Source: Trichoplax sp. H2
Taxonomy: Eukaryota
Assembly: GCA_003344405.1 (NCBI GenBank)
Contig: NOWV01000250.1
Coordinates: 62,001-90,354 of the forward strand
Length of the DNA stretch: 28,354 bases
Reading direction: 5' to 3'
Shown here: one piece after another, positions 1 through 10,700 of the stretch
Layout of the letters: every line of letters begins with the position of its first letter
How positions within the stretch are numbered: the stretch's first letter is position 1
Position numbers and translations under genes: made by a program
The notes under the pieces: model-generated
What the model was told of the DNA's origin: nothing
What the model saw: the letters and a program-made list of their open reading frames with translations, nothing else
Database searches by the model: none

Positions 1-59
1 TAAATCAAAAGATAGACTTGTTAAACTATGGTTTAATTAGATTGTATTGTAACTTTAAT

Positions 60-558
60 ACATTCTTAAATATAGGCATTTAATATTGTTCTAAAATATA
101 GATGTTTACGGTCTAATTGCACTATAGCCAAATATAGTTTATCGTTTTTAGCGTGTACAGTCTTCGCTATTTTCTAAAACTGTTTTCTACTGCAATGTTA
201 GAAAGCAAAAACGTTAGTACTGCATATGTACAGTATAGTACGAGAAGTATAACGAGTGAGGAATCTAACAGTAATCTATTATGGTATATATTATATCTAG
301 TACTACATTCTTCTTCTTTGCATATATCCTATCTTTAAAACTATCAATACTATCGATTTCTACCTCAGATTTCGTTAGTTGTTATAGTCACAGTATTAGT
401 ATTGTCTCGCGTGACTTCACGATAGCTTACACGCTACTTTACCGTGACTACCACATTGTATATAATTATAATCTGCAATAAATATCCTTTTTCGGCTAAA
501 ATCTTATTCTCCGTATAGTACTAATCCACTACCGCTAATTCATCGAACCCTTAATCAC
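60..558 (+). repeat. Dispersed repeat, copy 1
   Basis: Colinear with 11615-12052 (shared CCTCAGATTTCGTTAGTTG, ACTTCACGATAGCTTACA, ACTACCACATTGTAT); extra sequence near 180-270; ends approximate. Confidence 0.85.
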
Positions 559-1717
559 ATAAAAAGTATCCAATTAAAGTTAACGTCGTAACCTTGTCTT
601 CTTTTATATGTCAAAGCTTTCCAACGCCGGAAACTCGACCTTAATAGTATTACAGGTTCAACTTCATCACTCAAAACTCTCGATGTCACTGTTTCACCAG
701 ATTTATTGCTCCATTTGGGAAATTTGGTATGAAATACACCATGAATTTTTTCTAGTAATTGCTCGTATTCGTCTTTAAATTCTTGACTAATTTCATCGAT
801 TATCTTTTCCATTAATTTGCTGAGCAAAGCAGCAATAACATCCAAACAATGAATATTACCTCCATAATAGACTGGTAGATTTAAACTAATGCAAACGTAT
901 ATATTGGGTATTGGAGTACCAAAGGGAGGTGGTAATTCATTTAATAGCAAAGACAGTTCTTCATAATGGATAAATTGCGTTGCTTCTGGATCGTATTTTG
1001 CCCATGTCTCAAAAAAGGTACTGATATCTTCTTCGGATACTGTAGCTGAATCAGCATCGACGCAGTCTTGATAATTACTCAAGATTACAGCGACAAATAA
1101 ATTGATTAGTACGAACCAGGTCAATAAAATATAAGAAATAATATAAATGGTAGCTAGATGAGGGCTTCCACAGTTCCCAGTAGGCACAAAGGTTGATACT
1201 GCAGATGCTGATGTACATTTAGGTGGCTGAATAGATAATGCGTGATGAAAATCTGTCCAACCAGCAGCAGTACTAAGCTGGACGAGTATAATGCTTGTAG
1301 TTATAAAATTTTCAAAATTGAGACTTTTAGTGATGACACCGTGATATTTAACATGGTTAAAAACTGACATTCCAATGATAGCGTAAATAAATGAGACTAC
1401 TGCAATTAAAATAGCAATATTAAAGAGAGCTGGTATGGACGCAATTAATGCCATAAGCAGTCGACGCATTCCTTGAGCGTGGCGTAGTAAACGGATCATT
1501 CGCACAATTCGAAATATTCTTATAGCTCGTATAATGGCCGGACTAACTCGAAATGTAACAGATGGCAAGTTGCTTAAGACAATTCCTGTAATGGAAGCCA
1601 ATACTATAAGTAGATCAAAAATATTCCATATATCTTTGAAGAAGTAGATACGAAATGCCAATAACTTCAAGATGCATTCTAGTGTGTAGAAGCATGTAAA
1701 ACCATAATTGAGAATAT
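555..1717 (-). CDS. Gene A exon 25 (DIV S2-S6 and C-terminus)
   Basis: Extends ORF 555..1670; S4 with six or more Arg, P-loop LSTAAGW. Could instead splice at 593 to a further exon. Confidence 0.93.
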
Positions 1718-4700
1718 CTGCAATCGACAGCGCGTCAAGAAAAATAATGCAACGAAATCTTATTCAAATTACAAACTGGATTGCTATGTAAACTTCATAT
1801 GAGATGATTTAACTTAAGCGATACTTAATAGAAATACTTGTAATGAGACGTAATTCACTACGAAATAGTTATAGAAAGGATATTTAAGACTTGGGTAATC
1901 AACGCCGATTGTTGGTAATGGATGAACATCATGGCTACTATGTTCAATACAACGACGGTCATGGAGAACAGTTCATACTTCTTATTAAGGAATATAGATA
2001 CCAAAGCCTTTTGCCATTTAAACTGTTTTTCAACAATAAGAAACAAGCAAACTTATTATCTCACATAGAAATGGCTCACTTAGGTAAGGTAATAGTTAGT
2101 GTTAAGTTATTTAATATTTTAAAATTCTAGTATTATTATTATTATTAACGATCCACGAACTATAATTCTAAAGTCAAGTAGAAAAGAAAATCGAAATTAA
2201 TTCTAGACCTTAACTTTGACCTTAACAAAATGATTTATTTCCGAGATAAAACACTTTTACGACAAATATTAACTACTTTATCTCATTTAAAATTTTACAA
2301 TAATGTCGTAAATATCGATAATTTCGGCCACTATAAATTTACTGTGGGAGGTGGATCACTTTTGATTAATTTTGCTTTCATGAGTCTTTTCATCATTCTA
2401 TACCAATGAAGTTGAGATTCCGTAAACAAAGCTTGAATAGAGTTGCCTCTACGTTTTGATATATACTAAAATTTCATTAACATTATAAGCTGTTAGTAAA
2501 TTCTATATGATATTGTAAATAGCATATTAGATTCAGCAGGTATTACGAGTTCTAAGTATTGCATACAGTATATAAGCATCAGTTCATTTACCTAAGATCT
2601 ACAAAATTGATGCTATAGTAGTATGATAAATTCAACTTATGACAGTGGTAATGTGTTTTAAAAGTACAATCGGGCTGGTGATATAAAATATGCATCATTT
2701 GATATAGAATATGAATAGCCTGTGTAAGTTAAAAGACGTGCAGACTATTTTATATCGCATTCGAGATTTGCTCTATTTTAAGACTCGAATTTCGAGTTAA
2801 AGGGTTGTGTTGTGAACCTAGGGGCTAAAAAGTGATTCAATTCACATAGAAATAAGGGGCATAGTTAGTTTAAAGACTTTGGTTTAATTTGATTAAGTAC
2901 TAGTGCTCCTTTAACTTCATAATTGATAGGTCGGGACTGTAAATTAAAAGATATTTATCGGGAATCTAGAACTAAAAGTTTTCATTTTGTTACTGGGACT
3001 TATAACGAGTTGTAGTAAAGCAATTTCTCCAAGTTGACAATAAATCTGACAAACTGGATTTATCTAAGTAAATTAGTTAGCATTATCACAATAAAATTTA
3101 AACTGTAACGCTATCTATAATAAGTTATCGACAAGAAGAGCTCTCCATTTACTGGGTGCACACATTTATGAATTGTTGTGCGAAATCTATTACTGCAGCA
3201 CATATTAGTAGCCCCTATACTAAATAACAATTTAACCGCAGTACTAAACTAGTACTGCTCTACGTGAGTTCATCATAACTTTGGAAAGCATTAGATTAAC
3301 TTTAAAATTGAAATAACGACATGCAGATTTCTATCAGATAACGGAAATTCAAATACTTAATTTAATGTTGCTTATGGTAATAATTTAACTTTACTCTACT
3401 AAGCATCAATTGCTTAAAGTCAAGCTTGCAGGTAAGTAAACTTTCTCATTAGGTCCAAATATGCCTTTGATACGTACCTTTTTGCGTGAACTATAAAATT
3501 GATCAATGATGACACCAGCAATTAAATTTAGAGTGAGAAATACGCCAACAAAGATAAATGCGATAAAAAATAATCGTGCTGGTAAACTGTTCAACGATTT
3601 AGGCTGCAAATCTTTCTAAAATAATCAAAGAATAATTTCAATTAATGAAAAGTTAGTCAAAGATTTCTAGTGAAAGAATTAAAAGTACCTAAACTAAGAA
3701 AATGCTCTACAATAGTATGATTGAAGATTGATACAATTATAGCTATCACTTCGAAATACTTTAAAATTTTTTAAGTATCTAATATTTCTAAAATAGTTAT
3801 AGAATAGATATTAATCGATGAAAAGCTTCTTAACAATTTTTAGCAATAGAATTAAAGTGGTCAGATTAACAAAAATACTCTACAGTAGTATGATTAAAGA
3901 TCGATATGATTATATCTAGCACCCGGTAACACTTTAAGACTTTTAAGCCTCTAATCTTTCTAATATGATCAAATACCACCTACAGTAAATGCCCATAATT
4001 AATGAAAAAGTTACTTAACATCGTCTTAATTGATAAACTGTATGACGTTTAGACGAATGGAGATTATGTTTGAAATTTGCTAAGGTATAGCTTTTAGTTT
4101 ACAATTCCTTCGAAGGTGATGAAGGATTCTCAATAGCTCTAACTAACGGACAGTTACGGTTTTCAAAACAATTTAAATGCACAATATATACTACTAGTAT
4201 AAGTAGCTGTGATATATGTTCCGGATAGGTATTGATAAAATTATAATTATTGCAGCAATTAGAAGTATAAAGTAACTAAACAATTAGGATTTATAATAGC
4301 TGTCTTATCCAATCTTGCTTATTTTACTGTTCTATAGACTATGATGATTGTTATTATAAAATTATACGCGCTCAAACGACGAACTATTATAATACCCCGC
4401 GAGCGTCTACGGCACTTTTCATTAATCTTTTCCAGCCATCTAACGTTGCTATGTGGAATAATGATATTAATGCATTGCCTAAATTATCAAAATTCATGAC
4501 AGGATTTCGCCAATAATATCCCATATTGTCACATTCTGTTTTGTTAGTAACATTGGCTAGCGTTGAATTATCTACGTTGATTAAACATCGGCCAAAAGTA
4601 CCGGCAAAGAGTTGCACTCCAGTAATAGCGAAAATCAACCAAAATATGGAACAAACCAAGAAGACATTCACGATAGAAGGAATAGACATTACTAAAGCTG

Positions 4701-7700
4701 CAACAATGACCTAGACGTTTGCAAAAAATATTCATCTTTTATCAGCAGCACATTATTATTTTGTTAGAAAAGCGATCAAAGGGAATACAGGTAAGTTATC
4801 GTAACATCACTCAACCAATTGATAAAATTATAAAGAAGAGAAATGCTGATAAGTATCTACATTATTATTTTATAAGATAGTTACTCCGGGAGTAACTCAT
4901 AAATTAAATCTTTTTACTACGAAATTTGTGCTTATGTTCTTCCACTAATAACACAACATGCCATAGTGATGGATGAAGTTCACTAGTCATATTTAGGGCT
5001 ATGATCTAGGCTATACTATTTCGCATAGAAAATTCTTATATATCCATTTTAAGAATTACACAAAGATCACTTATTGATGTTAATAATGTATTCTCATCTA
5101 ATTTTATCTTGCAATTATAATTACTTATTTTTAAATACTGGACATATCAAATACAACAAACACCGTTTAGCTGCTAATCACAACTGTAGTCAAGTTAGAA
5201 ATTTTAAAAGATTTTAAACCTATTTATATTCATGTGATTGAATTACTGTAATTATTATCAAAATCGCAAATGGTCTGATGGAATACTATAGAAATTATTA
5301 ATTATTATCTGTGCATTTATGGAATAAGGGTAGAATGTTACAACGCTGATATTAACTTGCGATGCAAGGAAAAGTATATAAACAGGCAATATTAGAGAAT
5401 TTAAAAGTTGATGCTTAAGATCTTCTTAGTAGATATATTTGGTTAAGATTATGACTGTGAGTAGGTGTGTTTTTATACAAAGAATTCTTGTAAAGTTCTG
5501 AAATCTCGTATTTCTGCAAGTTTTTTTAATTTTGTTCCAGATCATTGCAACACTATAACTCAGTAATAGTCAATCTTATAATTCTAAATAATAAATTGGC
5601 CTTGTAAAGCGATCTGATTAGATACTTGTGGAGGAAATGAAAAGATACGAAATAGAATTCGAAGCTCACCTGTAGGCTACCTAGACGAGGGATAATCCTA
5701 ATCGGACGGATAGAGTTTATGATATTAAATTCTAGTGATTGACGGGCAGATGTACTCAGATCAAGGTGATACGTAGCAAACGATAACTAATGAAGAATTA
5801 ATTGAAAAAAAATTAAAATTTTTATCTATTATAACAACAAGATGAGAATTAAACAATAATCGATTGTACTTGTACCATTGCTAGACTGTTTTAGCAATGA
5901 AAAAGCCAATTCTAAACTTGCAATAAATCATTTTTGTGTATAATTCATGATAGTATCTCATTTAATATTTTGGTTTACATATTGATTCATTCAAACGAGT
6001 AAACTTACTGCCACAATTATGACATCAACGATTTTCCATGGGCTTGTGCAAAAACTGGTTGGACCGAAACTCATAAATTCCAAAGCCAATTCAACAGTGA
6101 AGAAAATTGTCAAATAATAGTCCATATTAAAGATAATTTTCTTCATGTTTTGATTGCTTTGAATAGTTTTATCATTGAAGATCTATACATGATTAATATA
6201 TCAAGTTACTACAATTATTTTTCTCATGCTATATTCTAGATATTTGCATCGATATCGAAAAGGTTAATAAAATTTTATATGTAAGCGAATCGCTAAGGAA
6301 TAGTGACTTGCATCTAACATTTATTGGTCCTCGGATCTCATTTAAAGCAAAAAAATGTGTATAGCACACAAATGAAATCGATTTTATATAAAAATCAACA
6401 AGTTAACTTACCAACAGAACACTATGCATTACGATCAATAGCAGGATAATTTTATGGGTAATGTTGTTATCCAAAACTAGCAACGCTTTCCTTCTAATAT
6501 AAGTAATTGCCCTAACCAATCTCCAATCGTAAGTGATTTGACAATGAAATGCATCTCTCAGAAAGCATGGAAAATAATATGGAACTTCCCTTTCTGTGCT
6601 AAATAGAGCCAAGAGTTTATTATCTTTCCCCTGCAAGTTTATCAACAAATTAGTACGAAGGAAGGATTTTATGTGTCACGTGAAAATATGGTAGTAATAT
6701 AAACAAGCAACCAATGTTAAATCAGAAAAAACCAATAGTGATCGATTTTAACTTAATAACTTGTTGTCGAAATCAGAACATCGAATTTACTTTAATCAAC
6801 ATCTCAAAATTGAATAATGAATAATTAATTAATGCGGAAATACTGATCCTTGAAATAGCTAAATACCAATGTCACTGGAACTACAGAAGATTCCACCTTT
6901 TAAACACTAATTGAAGTAGTTGCTAACATCGATAACGTCTTTTCTATCAAAGACTTTGTTCCAAAATATTATTCAGGATGACAACCGAAATTAATCAAGT
7001 TTCGACTGATGACTCGACCTTTATCTTCAATAACATTACTGGAATAAGCTAGTTGATACTACTCATCATGGTAACTAATATGAACTGTAGTTTTATTTTA
7101 CTAAAGACTGGAAAAGCAAAAATAATTGTAGCCTAGTCAATACTCATGATAGTGATGAAGATTTATTTGCTAAAGATCTTATAATGCCGTAGTTCAAGTC
7201 TATTCTAACACAAAATGGATACAATATATGTTTATAATGGCAGACGTTTTTTCCAGATATTTTTCTGTTGTATATATGTACCATCTTAATTAAGCAATTG
7301 CAGCCCATTAAAATACCAGTTATGATCGCGCCTAATATCGACAAACTTATTTTTATAGGATTGTAGCCTTTTAATACTAATGAAAAGCATCTAGATTTAT
7401 CTAGTAAAGTTTTGTAATACCGTAGTTCAAATCTATGTAAGCATAAATGAATCTAACGAATAATCATCATTATAAAAGCCATTTTCTGTACATTTATACC
7501 ATTTGAAGCCTATTAAAATACCATTTACGGTGGTACCTTATTTCGATAGACTTTTCTATGATAGTGTATACTATTAAACAGAATTGTAGCCCTTTAATAC
7601 CAATGATAGCGATCAAGATTTATCGACTAAAGATCTTATAATACCGTAGTTCAAGTCTATATAATGAATCATCAGCGTCTTCCTAAATATAATCTGCTAA

Positions 7701-10700
7701 ATAGGTGCCATCTTAAGCAACTGTAGCCTATTGAAATACCAGATATGATGGTACCTGATATCGATAAACATTTTTCTACAAAAGTATATACCATTAACAG
7801 TCAATAGAATTGTAGCTCACTCGATACTAATTAATTCAAATGCTTGCAGACATGAATACTCCTTTCTACAAACTAATGCTTTAAAATAGATTTTAATGAT
7901 TATAATCACAGCCTAATCAAAGCCAACATTAAAATATGGCACTATAGTGCCGTACTTTCCTTAGTTGCCAGTGTCAGTAATATTATTAATGGCATTTTAT
8001 TTATTTTCTATTCGATTAAGCACCCGTAAAAAAATCACCTTAACTGCTAGATTTGTCAAGATTACGATTAAAGCTCTTACCGGTGGTCCGTAAGAATTTC
8101 TTGATGATCGGTCATATTCTTTACCAATCGTAGCAATATTGCCGGGGCTACTTGTAGAACCTCTTAATCTTGCCCTTGACTCAGAATTGGGTAAATTATT
8201 TCTACTGCCTCTTGCATCCGTACCAACAGTAAGATATTGATTTTTTTCGAACATTTTAGTTGAATTAGAATCATTTTCGCTATTATCCAGATCTTCTGTT
8301 TGCGTACTAACTTCAGTACGATTCTTTTCACTATTCGGTAGGCCACTTTTGCTATCGATGGGTGGCATTGAGTTACTCCATACTCTATTTCTAAGTTTAT
8401 ATTCTTGAATTGTGGTTTGTCTTAAATTAGGTGAAGTTACGGATACGATAATACTTTGCACTTTTCTTCCATCATCTACGTGATCCATCTGAGCGTTTTG
8501 TTTGTATCTTTTATCAGCTAATTGATCCATCTGAATATTTCGCTTATGCCTTTCAGTAGTTAAATAATCTATCTGAGTGCTTTGTTCTTGCCTTCCATTT
8601 ACTGAAGTATCAACTTGAGTGTTTCCTTTTCCATCATATATAGCTATAGACGAACGAACTACTTGCTTTGCTTCAATGCTAGCCCTTGCTATTGATAGAT
8701 TAATAAAGAAATAACACTTTAGCATCGATTGGCAGACCGTATACTATTTCAAGGCTATAATATCATACGTTGTTGAAGGGTTTCCATCTTATTGGCGTTT
8801 ACTAAATTTCGATCATCTAATGGATCAGAACGAGAAAGATTGTTCGCCGTGATTTGTCTACCTTCATCACCTTCTGTAGAAAAAAATTAATGCTAGCATT
8901 AGCCGAAGATGATTCGAGAAAGAGTAGAAAAGATACCTGACGCTTAAAACTTCTAGTGCATTTACAAATCACGATAACGCTGGTAGCTAAAACTGTGCTC
9001 CTACCATCTTCTTTTGCTGTCTCGATTAAAACAAAAGCATCTTTAGGCCTTGCATTTTCAATTTCAAGTGATCCCTTCTTGGACTTCCCTCTTAAGGTTC
9101 TCATTCGATAATTGATATTTTCTACTTTTAAGTCACCTTTATTGGATTTTTGCGTTGATATTGTATCTTCAGATAGCGTCAACTGGCTATCCTCAACTTT
9201 GCTTTTACGCTTTCTTCGAAACCTCGGTCGTTTTTCTTGTTGCAATTCATGAATTTCACTATCTTTACGGGTAATATTAGCCTGATTTGTTGTTGATTTA
9301 TTTCGATGAAACCTTTTCTTACGAGATTTTCTAGCATCACTAGCTGTAGACTTTGTTAATGATTTATTCGTAATATGACTATCGCTTACAGACTTATTTT
9401 TGCTCGTCAAACCCAATTCAGCATTTGGGGAAGCTTCTACCTCGATTTCTGTAGTTAAAGTTGGACTCTCATCATTTTCGACGACTGGTTTTGTGGATTT
9501 ATCAGTAGCGGTAAGTTTAACTTCTAGCTGATCGTTACTATTTGGATTACAATTTAAACCCTTATCCAATTCAACTTCTGCGATATATTCGTCTTTACTC
9601 TTGCTTGGTAAATGTGCAGTTGACAGCGATTGTTGAATCAATTGGCTGTGATTAATTCCAAGATGCTCATCCATTCTATGATTATTGCTATCTGTACTAG
9701 GATTCATGAGTATATTTCCATTTCGATTAGCATGATTCATTGCGCTGTCTGTTTCATCCCTATTCTCAGCCTTGTTGGACAAGAAACTATTACCCGTATT
9801 GATTCGAATTACATGGTTATCGAAAGAGACTGTATCTGCTAAGCTAGCATCATCAGCTATAGGATCTATATAAGCCTGTCTACTATCCGATTTCGAGGTT
9901 GAAAATTCTCGTCTGTCATCTAAGTACATGAAGAATTTTAAGCACATTTAAAATTATCCATTTTGATAAATTTAATGAGTCTATCTTAATCAATACCGCT
10001 ACCTGATGGTACAGATTCATGATCAGAGTCCGATAGAGAGTGCTTTCTTTTGCTTATTGAGCAATGACATCGAGCACAAAGAGAACAAATTTTACTATTT
10101 CTTATTGGGCCAAGAAATTTTTGAAAGAAGGAAGATTTCTCATTTCTGGATACACCTTCATCATTTTTAGTCCCATTACTATTATTATCATCCTCAGAAG
10201 CATCTTCCAGTGAGCTTAATAACAAGGCTAAGAATAAGTTAAGTACCTAAAAATAGTGAACGATCATGGATTAATAAAGATGAAGATACTATTTGTAAAC
10301 GTTGTTTAGAGTAAAATTTACCAATAAATTTCCAATGACATAAGCAACGACAAAGAAAGTAATCGATGCGTAGGAATTCGTAGCTTTAACTGCATTAGAT
10401 ATGGGATCAGACCATTCCCCACACAAGATGCGAAAGATTAAAATACAGGCGTCAGGCAAGGTATCGAAGTTAAATCTAGGCTGATTTTTGCCAAATTTTT
10501 TTTCATATGGTTTCTTAAACAATTTCATTCCCATCACCGCGAAGATGTAGAGATAGATAAGTACCATTATCCCAACATACATTATTGCTGTCATACTATT
10601 GCCTAAAGCCGTCAATAATCGACGCATAGCTTTCCATGCTTTGGCTAATTTAAAGATACGAAACTGAAATAAAATAGAATAAGGGTCAAAATGCAAGAAT

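Noticed and set aside
153..481. Short plus-strand ORFs 153..338 and 281..481
   Set aside because: They lie in the dispersed repeat, have AT-driven composition, and I could not see the frames preserved in the second copy.
2466..3477. AT-AC intron after DIII S6, as in vertebrate SCN4A intron 21
   Set aside because: The intron here is ordinary GT-AG in both paralogs.
7120..7830. CRISPR-like array
   Set aside because: Whole units are homologous with no unique spacers, the context is a eukaryotic intron, and there are no cas genes.
3238..7951. Short palindromes at 3238-3258, 4879-4897 and 7938-7951
   Set aside because: Arms of 7-9 bp, isolated and intronic; compatible with chance in 28 kb of AT-rich DNA.
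8928..8937. CAG|GTATCTTT as a U12-like donor for exon 15
   Set aside because: It lacks the second C of GTATCC and is phase 0, which does not fit the phase-1 exon at 8873.
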